Assembly: GCA_040954595.2 (NCBI GenBank)
Contig: CM082587.2
Coordinates: 6,189,705-6,253,704, forward strand
Direction of reading: 5' to 3'
Origin: Balanoglossus misakiensis
Lineage: Eukaryota; Animalia; Hemichordata
Length of the DNA stretch: 64,000 nucleotides
This document shows, in pieces, positions 27,721 to 41,300 of this stretch (position 1 is its first letter; each line of letters starts with the position of its first letter). The notes beneath the pieces are model-generated. The model saw only the letters and a list, made by a program, of their open reading frames with translations, did no database searches and was not told the origin of the DNA. The translations under genes were made by a program, and so were the position numbers.

Positions 27721-29094
27721 ATGAGAATTATAGCTTTTGCGCTAGTTTTGGCTTTTGTCGCCACCGTTCTAGCCGAGGACATAGGGAAAGGCGACGAACC
27801 GACAAAGGAGGTAAGGCGCTTTCAGTAAAAAAATAACTCGGACACCACAACAACTAAAGTGCGTAAGACAGTAGCTGGTTGCTCCAAACGCGTACCTCGC
27901 TTGAACCTCATTTCCGGTTTAACTCTCTGTCCAGTGTTTCTACTACAGTAATTAGAACATTTGCAATTTCCTGACTACAAGTTGGAAAGGTTTGTTTTCT
28001 TCGCCGCGACGCGACGTCACAAACGCACCGCGTCTCCATTGTGTACTCCGGCAAGCTGCTATTTGCATTGTTATTCAGACGCTGAACGCATGACGTGTTT
28101 TTTTGTGCTCCACGCCCGTATGGCCTCCATGCATAGAGTAACTGGGCTCCAATCAACAAGTGGGTGACCCTTGTACAACGTTGGCAATTAGCTTTTACCA
28201 AAGAAGCCAGCTTTTTCTATCAAGATTCTGCCGATAGTAACCAAGTCAATGGAAAGGATATAGAAAGAATTGGCACAAGTTTCCTTGTAGGCGTCAAAAC
28301 TGCCGTGGACTAGAGATGTTTTCCTGTCTAACAAATTTGCAAATTATTTTCCCTCGGGGAATTGTGGTTTTATGGAATGTGTTTCCCTCTAGTAACCTTT
28401 GGGAACGATGAATAATTTTCAAAAGATTTCTGTACCTCTTTAAAGTTGTGAATGGCAGGGTGTGAATGGCGAGGGTAGCAACTCAGCCAAAGTTGTCCTG
28501 AGTTGACTGCTAGTATCAGAATGTCTAATTCACTGTACACATGTATACATGTAGCTTATCTAAACGACTCTGCTTCTGGTTCGCTTTGTGTCTTTGCAGG
28601 TTGGTGACGACAAGAAAAAAGAAGTGCATGCGCATCACATGACGGCCGAACGGAAAGAAAAACTGATCCAGCACAAGAAACGGTTCATGAAAGTCCACCC
28701 AGAGAAGAAGGCCGAGGAGGAGCGAACGCACGCCGAGCGCGAACTCATGCGCAGCCTGAAGGACAGGGTCGTCGAGATCAAGAAATCCGACCTGCCCAAG
28801 GAGGAGAAGAAAGCCAAGCTCGACAACCTGAAAAGGGAAATCATCGAAACCAAAGCCAGCATCAAGAGCACCAGAGGCAAAGTGCAGCGGGCCAGGCTGA
28901 CGCCCGACCAGAGGCGCGCGCTCATCGCTCAGAAGAAAAGCGCCGGCGCTGCGAAGGGCACCGCCAACGGTGCTAAGCGTCTCCACTTGTCCGAGAAGAA
29001 AACCCATGGGAAAATCAACCGTGACGGTATGAAGGCTCACCCTCGCCCATTCCCCGCTAAGCGTGGAGAGATGAAGAATATGGAAGACCACTAG
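27721..29094 (+). CDS. Secreted Lys/Arg/Glu-rich helical protein of unknown function, 2 exons, 194 aa
   Basis: Exon 1 27721-27810 (accATG, signal peptide MRIIAFALVLAFVATVLA, GAG|GTAAGG) joined in phase 0 to exon 2 28600-29094 (tctttgcag|, GC3-rich codons, TAG). No family recognised. Confidence 0.85.
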
Positions 29095-29661
29095 AATCAT
29101 AGCCGTAATTCTTAATGTGCTGTCCCCAGTTCTATCTAGATTCTTGTGCCACAGTCCAAACACTGTATTGTCATCTGTCGCAATTTGATTCAAATCACAA
29201 AGATCAAACTAAACACGAATACTTTATGATTTAACATGTTTTACGTTGGAAGAAGATAGCCTTTATATTACATGTATTTTTAAACTGAAGACATTATGGG
29301 GGCTTTCAAAACAAAGGGGAAAGGGGGATCATTATATTTTGCAAAATTGTGTGTCGGAACATCTAGGACCTCATACCAACCTCCACCGCTTTTAAATGAA
29401 TTAATGCTGGGAGTGCTATTTTTAAGTAACGCTGAAACTTGTACCACTTTTTAAAACTAAACGTGTATGTTGAAAAATCTACCATGTACAATAGAGTACG
29501 AGCAAAAGAACTCGAATATTTTTCGACTTTGTCGTGTTCCGTTAAAAAGATATCTGGTTAATTTTTGTAAGCTTTTAAATCTGATCATGTTGAGAGAATT
29601 GTACATTAATACTCGTGATTTCCTCTGTTGATTTGTTTTATCACCATCAAAAATGGATAAT

Positions 29662-32264
29662 CTACTTTCGGTTTCTTTTTATCAAGTTCAAGTACATGTA
29701 CATCCTATTTTTATCACCATATCCTGTGTGGAAGTATATTGTTTTCCTAATGTTTTCATATTTGTACTGACAGACGAATAAAATTGACATGGCAGAAGCA
29801 AAGAGCTGTCGTTGTCCGCTTTGAAAAAAAGTTTGACATCCCTCTTATTTGTTATTTCTTAACCCCATGTCGCGCTATTATCAGGCCCACAAGATTGCTT
29901 CTGATTGGTCGACTCGCTCATCAAAAACAGGTGCACGATCGGAGTTGCAACCAAAGAGAAAAGACCAATCAATGCGTTTGAATCGTTGCAATAAAAAAAT
30001 TAGTTACACGGACCTCTAATCAGACTGGCTTGGTCAATCAGGAAATCTTCTTGCGTGAGCTTCCCTTCAATGGATATCTATAGTAAAATGACACGGGGTA
30101 GATTTAAAGGCTATACTTATTCGGTAAATATAACTTAAATTATACGAAAAGTTCAACTGCCGGTGCGTGACCTTAGTTATTTTTGCGTATTGCGCAGAGG
30201 TCACGAGTTCACTTCACCAAGACGACAAAGTTTTCACACTTGCAGTAGTAAAGTCTCTACGCTAAAATTATTTGAAATAAATACCCCTTACCCCGAAAGA
30301 ATATAATGGTTTATCACTTGCATCGTAAACTGCAGAAAAGTATTTGCGGAACGACATAGTAACCGACTTACCTGTATGTCTTTTAAACTGCTAAATTCAC
30401 AGGTGGCGACGTATGAATTATTCACTGTGCTCGTAACCTTGAAATGAGGATTCAACATCGTGTTGCTCGCTGACATGTATATATTCAAGCTGATTCTGGC
30501 CTGGTCTGTCATTGCTTTGTGGTAGTAGACTTTGGCACAGTATTTTTCAGGAGTGTTAGATGCCAGTGTTTGGAACTCTTCGGGTTGGCGTTTCAAACCT
30601 ACAAGTAAGAGAGGCGGGGTTTAAGCATGGCCTGGTTCTCCGTGTCTGCGCGTGCGCTGTAGGGGAGAAGGATCTTGGATACTGCTGCATGCTGGGGGCA
30701 ATGAAGGTCTGTCGTTTCTCGTGCGGCGCTACAGGTGTATTTGCATAACTTCACATGCAGTACAGAATTTGTCTAGCTGTCAGCCTGCCTGCCTTTCTGT
30801 CCGTGTGTCTGTTTGACTTTCTCTTTATTTGTCTGTTTGTCCTATCTCTCTGACACACTAAACATACCTCCTTTTCTTTGGATGGCGGAGGGCGTGGTTT
30901 CACTATACAAGGACTTGCTAACTGAACTCAGCGGTAAGATAATGTACGATAAAAAATGCTTACCTGCCAAATGCACCGAAAATGCCTCATGTCCTTCATT
31001 TTGCCAAGATAATCTCGGTTCATTTCCCGCCCAATTCCACGATTTCAATATCGCACAAAAGCTCCTGGAGTCACCGACATCGGTACCAAACTTCGCAAGC
31101 AAATCGATGGCATGGCGGGAAAGATTTCCTGACGTGACACAGTCATCATGCACGGCGTTTCTCACCGAACGGAAATCATGCAGATCCCGCTCGAAGTCTG
31201 GTCCGTATTCTTTAATTTTATCCCACAACGTTTTGTTGAACAAGTCGTAAACCTTCACGTCGACGTGGTTCCATTCGCGTATGGCCTGCTTCAGCGCGTC
31301 GTCGAGCGGAACGCGATTTGGCCGCACCTTGGCGGGAATATACAGGACATCTTCCATTTTCCAGCACATGATTCTTTTGAGTAACACGAGGGAGTGGTCG
31401 AAATATTCAGCCACGAGAACCAAATCGAGTTCTTTGCTCAATCCCTCGAAGTATTTGTCGACGATTTTGGGGTCTTCGTGATATTTCCGATCCAAGCCAA
31501 GGTGCCAAGCCTGGCCATTCCGCGCCACCGACACGTGTCTGCGGCCTCCCTGTCGTTGAATCCGCGTGTTGTAATACTCTGGGTCCCGCAAGAACTCTGT
31601 CAGTCTGGCGAGGTCACTTGTGTAATTTTTCTGCTCGAAGAATTGGCCCAGCTCGAAATACTTGAACGCGGATTCAAAATTCTCGGCGGGCTCGCGCACT
31701 GACGCGACATAAACGGTCTTGGGAAATGTTGTCCTGCACTTCAGACCGGTCTCGTCGGCGCCGGCGATGTTCAGTGTTCCGTCCTCTCGCGGTACGTGGA
31801 TGCGATTCCGTCTGTCGATTCCCCGCCGCCGCCCAGGCAGCGTGGCGTCGCGGTTTTCTCCGTTGACGAGGTAGAGATCCATTGTCCCTCCGTAGCCTTC
31901 GCCCTCGTGGTGGATCACTTGGCGCTGCATGGGGAGCCTGTTTTTCCTGGCGAAGCTGGCGATCAGCGCCACCAGCGTCGTGCTGCCTGTCTTGCGATTG
32001 AACACGAGCGCAATGTTATCGCGTCGTTGGCAACCATTCGCGGTGAAATTTGTTGGGTCGATGTTCGCAGCACCACGTTCTTCCGAAGTGACCGCGTCCT
32101 TCCCGGGCGACGTATTAAACCGTTCCGGAAAAATCATGGAAGTCGATATCGATGCGTTTGTGTCGACTTTCGAAGAAATACAGCTGTTGGCAAATGAGAA
32201 AAAAAATAGGAAGATGATGGGACTTTTAATCCGCCAAGATTTCATTGTCAGTAGGCCTACTCTC

Positions 32265-32295
<31 letters not shown>

Positions 32296-32806
32296 GCTGA
32301 TAGGCTACCCACAAAGATTTATTTTATGTTTATCCAATTACTGGAGCTTTGGGGTTCTTCTACTCCCCTCCTAAGTCTTTTGAAACCATGGCAACCGCAA
32401 TGCAGATGTTGTTTACATACCTATATGCCTTCACTGTGGATGTACTTTTAACACCTTGACGTAGGCCAAAAATCGTGGCAGCGACAGTGCAGAACATTAA
32501 GGCCAAGCAGCAGGCTTTTGTCTGAACATAACAAATAATATATATATATGTAACTTGAGCACGTAATACGAACAATATATCAATAAAGTTTTAAAATCGA
32601 ATGTGCGAGGATAGACAGTGGGTTAAGGTTTAGGCCTACAGAACGAAAATCCACAAACGCGCCACATAATTATGATCGGGACTATTCTGACTGATATGAC
32701 ATTGGCATATATTGCTCTGAAGTTTAATTACCTTGTTCGGGCCTAATCGATGTGTGATCAGGAAGCGGGCAGACGGCTTTATATTGATGTGGTTGTAGTC
32801 GTTCAT
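29662..32806 (-). CDS. Galactose-3-O-sulfotransferase (GAL3ST/cerebroside sulfotransferase family), type II membrane protein, ~575 aa
   Basis: Exons 32806-32732, 32521-32421 (TM ACCLALMFCTVAATIFGL), 32183-30964 (catalytic), 30598-30372 and tentative last exon 29766-29662; phases 0,2,1,0 are consistent. 5'-PSB-like FNRKTGSTT, 3'-PB VREP..FESAFKYF, LVLVAEYFDHSLVLLKRIMCW, WNHVDVKVYDLFNKTLW. The last two exons are less certain. Confidence 0.88.
32264..32295. repeat. (CAA)n microsatellite in sulfotransferase intron
   Basis: About 10 CAA units. Confidence 0.93.
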
Positions 32807-35353
32807 CACGTTGGCGCTCAGTGTCGTCTCTGCCCGGGTTTACTACCCTGTCTTTGTGTTGCACTGTTGAAAAGTAAAAGAAATTTGTGGTGAAGGAAAA
32901 AAAACGTTGCACTACAGCGACAGAGTATGAACGATAGTGCGAAATGTGTGGGACAAATCGCTTCGTGGTTTACGCGACATAGAAGCGACGTAATGCCACG
33001 TGACGGAACTGTTTCTGGGGACACGTGTCCATACTGAACACTCTGTCCGCTTTGGCTCTGTTGATTTTTGGTTGTTCAAAGTGTTCACCTTTCACCTTTG
33101 CCCCGCTGATGCAAACATAACCTAGCTGCCCTACCATCCGTCGTTCAGTGGTTGTTTTGAAACCCCGGGCAAACAGAAAATGTGCCATGTTCGCGAAACA
33201 CGCTTCTTTTGAGCACAAATTAAGCCAAACATTATTAGTGCGAGCGGCTCGACTTTTAATGACAAAATTGCAATCTTCGTCTTGGGCTTTTTTAATTAAA
33301 TGCTAATCTCCGAAGTCGTTTTCACATTAATTGATTTCTTACTGTCCCCCGACACTTTTATCTGAAAATGATCTTGGCCTAATTTCCTACTTCTAGACAA
33401 CTTGAAGTTGGTTTGTTTTATTGTTCACGCATCAAGTTGGGAAAACGAAAGAAACTAATAGAACTTTTACATGAGATACTTTGAGTGTAAAACCATGAAA
33501 CCAATGCGATACAGTTCCACACAGTGGGTTTTTGATCCCTATACAGATACAGTCATGCATAGTGACTTTAATTGACAATAGCCAAAGGAATGCCATTAGT
33601 AATTTCGCGCAATCAATCATACCAACAAAATTAAGGGTAATTTTCTTCTCCTATAATGAATTAAACCCCGAAAGATATTTATAACACAAATGTCTTCAGA
33701 CAGTTTCTCTCTGCATTTTATTTTTTTCTATGTTCCTAAGTGAACTCCGCATCACTCGCGAAAATAACTTCTCTGCGGCCGGCACAGATCGCGAGAAGAG
33801 ATCGTGAAATTGTGTCAAATGACTTAGCAACTTTATAATTATTCATTGAGTCTCATGCGATCCAAATGACAGGCGATAGGTCAAGGCGAAGCTGTTTGTC
33901 AGTTTTATCTCAGTACCAGCAAAATAATTAAGGTTATAAATATTCCGTTGAAAACAAAAGAACTAAATAACTCTTTCACTGCCATGGTTTGGCCCAAATC
34001 CATTGTTTTCTATGGTTGAATTGGACCTCTGTAAAGTGAACTGGGGGTGAGAGGGTTTAATAAAGACGGCGCGGCTTGAAGATGTCACTTCTCAAGGTCT
34101 ATAATGTATCTCTTCGGTTTGCGAGAAATCTATCGCCACGGATGCACAAATTTTACTTAGAAGGATAAAGTGCCCCAAAATTGGAATTCCTCACAATCAC
34201 TTAACCATTAGTCTAAATATGATCCCAAAATAACCGTTTTATTTGCCATTGATGTTATTGAAATGAAGTCCAATTAATTTCACTTTGTGTGGGAAACATC
34301 TGTATATTACTGATAAATAGTTTGTTAGCGTTCCAGGATCACATATTACAATAAATCTATTAATAGCGGCGTTTGGCTCAAAGAGAATGGTACATGTATG
34401 AAGGTGTGGGTAATGCTTTTGCGTCGTTTTCAAGCCTTGCGATTACTGGCCGGGGATTGACATTATTTCACTACACGGTGTAATGGTAACGGCAAATGTC
34501 GACGGCACACATTATTGACCGCGATGATTTTCCTCAACAAAAACTCTTCGCTAATTGGACATGATGAATTAATGACGATCAAGAGAGACGGGAGATGGAC
34601 ATTTGAGATGACAGGAAGATTAATTCGAATTAGTATTGACGAAGAAATCGATTATTTATAAGGTGAATCGCTCCGTACGTACTAATGTACACCCCCTGAG
34701 AAAATTTTAATCAAGATATGGATCTATCGATGAAAGGCAATTACCAAAGGTGTTCGGCAAACGCTGGGTGAAAATAGCACTATCGCTCAACATAGGGGGT
34801 ATTGCTCTCACATCTGTACGCTTAATAATTCCCGGGTCTGTATCTACGTGTGGATTACTGCTCGATCTTTGCTTGCTGGAAAGGTGTGTCATTTATTTTC
34901 ATCAATGCCTTTGGTCCGACCTTTTCGCAGTACAGAAAATTAACCTTTGAGGTGAGAAGGGTGACGTCGTTCTTTTACAGATATTTCCAGCTATTGTTGA
35001 AAGCATATCTAATTGTATATTTAATATTAATGTTGTTTATATTGTAAGTGTGCGGGCTGAACACATTACAATAGAGACAGCGAGGTGAACGACGAGGCAT
35101 CTGTCCAGAGAAGATCGTAAAGAAGGGATATTTGTGATATTAATCGCAGTGAGAAAAAGTTCAGCAAAAGCTCATATTGATTTGTTTCCCTATTCGAAGG
35201 TAACTCGGAAAGTAGTCGTGTAGAAGAAATCGTAGGATACGACCACTGGTACAAGGAGACGTCCATGATATGACCAAAATAACAGGTTACATGTCACTGG
35301 CATAGACACAGTAACTCTGTCCGGTGGAGTTTGCCCCGGGTGTTTTGCACACG

Positions 35354-38300
35354 ATGGAACTGCAGACACTGTCAAAACGCGACGACGTCGTCATCTCATC
35401 GCCCGACGACGGGGACGGCGGCGGCGACGCCGAAATCTGCTGTACCCTGGTGACGAAGTTCGGGGAGTCGACGACATGCCACGGCCTCCCGAACATCCTC
35501 GGCGGCGGCAGCGCGTTGCCGAGGAGGCTGGTCTGGCTCGCCGTCTTCCTGACCGCGATGGGGGTGTTCGCTTTCCAAGCGTACGAACTCGTCAAAATGT
35601 TCCTGGCCTACGATGTCAGGGTGAACATTGAAATTGGAACGGCGCCGAGTCTGACTTTCCCGGCGGTGACGATTTGCAACACGAATAAGTTACGACTGTC
35701 TGCAATTGAGGGGAGCCGACACAGCGAACTGGCGAAAACGGATCCCGAGCACCCAGACAGCATTCACAGACTGCTATCTTACGACCGTAAGTTACAATAA
35801 TTGACGATTTTAGTTGTTGTTGCGGATTTCTTTTAAGACTTTCAATACAATGTCATCAGTGTTTTCATTTGACATCTACGATATTCCCTGTATTTCTAAG
35901 TTTTCCCGCCTCTCTGCCACATCTATTCTGTTCTTTCTCCAGTACCCACTCGTTTCGTCAGATCCTCGTTTGCTCTTTTCAGTTCTTTATTTTAGTTTTC
36001 AATCCTGCTCTTTTGTGCACATTTTCCCCTCGAGCATTTTGTTGACAAACTCCATAGACGTTGTTATTGTCTTTTGTGATTTTTTTTATGTCACGCACAG
36101 ATTCCATAAAGCTGGGTAAAGAGCTCACCTGTTTTTGTAATATCTTGGAGTTGCCCATCCAACACCTCACTTCTTGCGCTATCTTGTCCTATTTTCGGAG
36201 ATGTTTCCATTTCATCTTTACGATTCCTTTTGCATGCTTTACATAGCTGCACGTCGTTTTGGGTAAGGCTTACATGCTTGGTTTCGCCACAGTCAGCACA
36301 AGTCCTAGGCATGGTTGCTTGAATAACCGTTGTAACAGGTGTTACTGTAGAAGTAATATGCAAATTCCGTAAGACAATGGCTCGTTGACCAGCTCAGCAT
36401 CAGAACATGCTCGGCGATTTTCAATGTTCTGTTTTTCGTGAAAACAGTGCAAAATCACAAAAAACAATCAACTGGCATGACTCCGGACGTCTTCATAACA
36501 ACCCTTGTCAATTTTCAGTTAAAACTAACCTGGTTTGAAGCGAAAAATTTCGTTCTAACGGAGACGATGTGTCAGCACAACACCTCGCTGTGCAACGCCC
36601 TCTCTCGTCCACCTCAAGCTACAGTGCGGCTGGAATGCCTCCCAGTGTATAATTATGTTCCCCTAGCTTGGTCGCCTACCCTCATTTCTACCACTGGCAG
36701 CACTGTGCCTTACTTTGTAGCACGGCGCAATTATTGGCGGGAACGGGACAGGGGACCAGACGACAAAAAGTGGCGGATTCTATTACTGCCTTTCTGTATT
36801 TTCATCTCACCAGTTCCTTGTCTGCCTGGCGACTACCAATGTGCTGATGGCCAGCGTTGCATTAAGCAACATTTGAGGTGTGACGGATACTTTCACTGTT
36901 GGGATGGTTTTAGCGATGAGACGGACTGTATTTATCGTAAGTATGAAAAATGAGGTGGTGAATACCACGCTTTCTTCTTTGATTTCAAAAGAATTGAAAT
37001 GTTCTGGAGACTATCATTTTTTCTGAACAAAACTGCAGACTCATCACTAATGGTATTATTCAGATTCGCCGATTCTGATAGCAATCATCTCCGCGGCATT
37101 ATTTATAGTTCAAATCAGGTTAATAAACAGTGAACGACTAGTCATTAAGGTCGAGAAAATTAAATTTTGATAGTAATTGAACCTCTCAGAGGAATGTAAC
37201 AATGGATGGCCATCTTTCGGTTGGTGACATGTCAATAGACGGTGTGAATTAGTCCTACTCGGGGGAACAGCGTCATTTAAACTACCACTCTTAATACGCC
37301 CCCGGTTTCTTTTTGTTGACTTCGTATACTGCAGTTCATTATCGTTCTTTTCTTCTCTTTTATTGATTGATGGAATCAATCTCACTTCTCAGTGTACGCA
37401 TTTTGATTGTGCCCTGTGAATCATTTCTTTCACCCTAGCACCATGCGGGAGAGACGAGTTCAACTGTGGCCAGGCCGGTTTCCATGGCATTTGCATCCCT
37501 GAGGAGAAACGATGTGACGGCATCCGCCATTGTTTTGGAGGGGAGGATGAAAAAGACTGTCGTAAGTTTCTTTGTGTTTCTTGTGTCGGCCTCCTGGCTG
37601 GATTACTTCGCTGTCTTAAAATAATGTACAAGTAAATGTAGCACACGATGGAGTACAAAAGAACACAGACCAAATAGGCCTATGTCCGTGAAGCTATAGC
37701 CTAGTTACGGAAAGGGAGGAAAAATACGATCTTAATGTTTTGCAGCCGTTTGCACTGGAGGACACGCATGCGACCCCGCTTTGGAAGGTCGGGGCTACAA
37801 GTGTATACCATTGGACAGCATGTGTGACCGATTCCCAGACTGCGCCGATGGGACAGATGAGGGCCGCTGTGACTTCCGTAAGTACATGTATGACTCCAGT
37901 GTTGCGTCGCCAGGAACTATCTAGAATGATCGCATTGAACAAGGTGCATGGGGATGTCCGACAGAAACGAAAACCAATATATTCTACTATCCAATCTTGC
38001 ATTTTTGTGCTTGCGTATGTAAATCCTCTACAGATGAGTTCTGGTTTTCTTTTTTCACAGTCGATGGATGTGAATTTCCTAGGTTAGTTGTCGAGGCAAC
38101 GCCTTCCATATTATACTCAACGAACTATCCACACGAATACGACAACGATGGCTCGTGTGTCGTGAATCTGACAGTCTCTGGAATGTCTCACGATCCCTGG
38201 GACTGGAATGGCGGCTGGGGCGATAGGCCCCGGGACTGTGTCTTATTGTCCTTCTTGGAGTTAGATATCGAAGCCAGCGAAAGCTGCGAAAATGACTACA

Positions 38301-41300
38301 TCGAGGTCAGTCGAATCGCTCTGATATTTAGTTTAAAATTAATGTATATTTTAGTTTTTTTCGAGGTGTACCATTATTCTGTACATTGATTCCGAAAATG
38401 TCAGATATAGTACTTTACTCACAAGAAACGAAAGAAGTATATTTTGGGTACAACTTGTTCTGTGGACAAAATCCGAAATGCCAATGGAAGAATAAATAAT
38501 GAAATACTCGCTTTTCGGTATCATTTTTCCTCTTCATTATTTCGCTTTATTACTCCGTCGACAACAGATTCGGGATGTTCAAAACCCCAATATTACAGTC
38601 CGCCACTGTGGAAGCAAGATACCGCCATCTTGGGTCTCGTCGTCAAGGGACGTCATGGTTAAATTTGTTAGCAACGACAGGATTACTGGTCGAGGGTATC
38701 GTATTGAATATTCACCAACCTCATGTTCATCCTCGAACTACTGGAATGTTTCACCTTGGAGCGAGGTCAGTGTTTAAGGAAAAGTTTGACTTAAAGGTTT
38801 TAGGATGAAAATGATAGAATTTAGTTGGGAGGGTGTAGAATTACATGTCGACGAGGGCGGTGTTTTAACTATTATGACGCGTGTGCCGATCTGGCAGTGA
38901 ATGTCGTTGACATGCAACTGAGGCGTGTGATCGCGAGATGAACTCAGATATCGCAACAAAGAGACCGCGATCATCGCCCTGTCAAGCTGCCCATTCCACT
39001 TCTACCCTGAAACTATATTTTACCTCCGTAGTGCTCTAGGACCTGCGGTGGCGGAGTGCGAGAGCGACAGGTTGAATGCGCCACTGCTGATGCGACGCCC
39101 GATGCCTCCTCCGAAGCCCGCGCCCGCTCCGAAGATGAAGTCGACTCGTACCCATTCCCGCCGCCCCCTCCTCCGAGTTTTACTGATCCCAACTACGGTG
39201 TCGATTGGACCGACGTCGGTGGTTCACGTGACACCGTCTGCATAGCACCCGGATCGTTACCTGCGACGTCGGAGCCGTGCAAGGCTGAATTCTGTCCAGG
39301 AGGTGAGCACGGACAATGGCTTTCAAGACAATTTCTGTCATGTCACAGTGATTTTGGCGGGAAAGGTCACAGTGATTTTGGCGGGAAAGCTGAAATCAGT
39401 CAAAACAAGTGTCATGCGTTGGAAACAGGAATGAGACATGAGCTTAAGTTGCTTATCGCCACCATTTTCTGTCATTTCAAACATTTTACTCACATATTTC
39501 ACCATATATATGATATTTTTTGCCACGTACAGAGGAACAGTGCAACATGTTTCTGACTGAGTGTTGCATGGAAATCAAGTCCCCGGGTTATCCATTGGAC
39601 TATCCTCCTGATGTTGATTGTGCTGTTCGGATTCTGAACGCCGATGGGTGTATCGCTCTGACTATTCATGACATTGACATGCCGGACAGTGATAGGTGTC
39701 ATAAGGACTATCTTGAGGTAATCCGATATAGTCATGCATGTATCATGTTATTGATTTGATGGAAAAAACACACGATGAAATATGTTGGTATCATCATTTT
39801 CTCACACCCTGGAAGTGTGGGAATAATGGATCCCACACTCTCGCAGACTCAAAAGTGTTATATGACACCAGTGCTGATTGGATAATAAACATTCTTTAAT
39901 TAACACGCACGAACTGTTATCCAATGACACAATGTGTAATACATGGGCAGACGACCGATAGCACGATCAATTATTGAATATTTCTTTACAGATTAGACAA
40001 TTTTTGGTTCTAGTGAGACAATATTGTCGTTTTTATTATTATTTTGTATAGTATGAAGAAATTCGTCAGAGTGAAGAAGTTTATCAACGTCGCTTTTGCG
40101 GTCAACAGTCAGGGTTACGAATGATGTCCTCATCAGCTATGATTAGTCTGATGTTTCATTCAGACAGTGTCATATCTGGCAAAGGATTTAGGGCAAGCTA
40201 CGAATTTGTTGCATGTGGAACTTGGTTCATGTCTCCGTGGAGCGAGGTAGGTACAGATGGTTTCATTCTCTTTAAAGAGGCATTAATGCTTAGGTCTGTT
40301 TGCATTTGTGATTTTTGAACCAGTGGACCATTTTTGTTCAATTAATACTAGAGATCTTCCCATCGTTTGGGAGTGTCTTTTTGTTTTTCATGTGTTCTGT
40401 TTCTCCCCCCTCCCCCTCCAGTGCACCGTTACCTGTGGCTACGGTCAACGAGTTCGACAGGTACACTGCATAAGCCGATCGGAAAACACAGTAATAGAGG
40501 ACAAGTTTTGTGAAGGGGACAAGCCAGATTCTCAGAAACAGTGTGATCAAATTTGTTCGGGTATGTGAAGGAAATATTTCTTAGTCAGTCTTTTGCTGTT
40601 TTGCTTAACAATATCACAGTGTTTTTACTTTTAGATGGATCATGTCTTCATATTTTGTTATGCGGTTTTCAACTGCAATATTAGGAAACAATGTTTTTCT
40701 TGTAGTTGTATATTGTGGGGTTTCTATACCTTGGGCAAATCTCAATCTGCCTGGATAGTTTCTATACGAGGCTATGCATTTTGGCATCTAGAAATTATTT
40801 TGGTCGAAGTCCAGGTGATGTAGTTCACTTTCATTTATTTTCTTGTAGCACCAGGTCCCCCGGGACAAATGTTAGATACTCTCAACTTCTTGTATGGAAA
40901 CCACAAGCATATTTGTGACGATCTGAATGTGTACAGAGACTTCTTGAACAACTACTATAAGCCCAATAACTTCGACCGTGTCGACGTATCTCCATACCCT
41001 AACTGGAAAGGTGAGTGTTATCCAGCTCATTTTCAAGCTTTGCTTTAAGCTCCATTAGCTGCATCTTTTTGCCAAGTTGTAAGCATTTTTATTTTGTCTA
41101 TCTACAGCAGTTTCTTGTTCACATTCCTGAAATATGAAATTCCCAGCATTTTTCTCGATACTCGTATAATAGGTTTTCTAGCGTTCAGTTCCAGTCCAGA
41201 TTACAGTGACCTGCAGAAGGTACTTGATTTAAGCAAAGAAGAAGTTGCCATGTTTGGACACCAGGCTGAAGATTTCATACTGCAGTGTTCCTTTGACGAA

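Noticed and set aside
28525-29193. 222-aa hydrophobic minus-strand ORF
   Set aside because: Antisense shadow of the Lys-rich exon; the plus strand has the signal-peptide exon and splice sites.
30842-32314. 490-aa single-exon sulfotransferase with poly-Leu signal anchor
   Set aside because: The poly-Leu is an intronic (CAA)n repeat; the real anchor is on exon 32521-32421.
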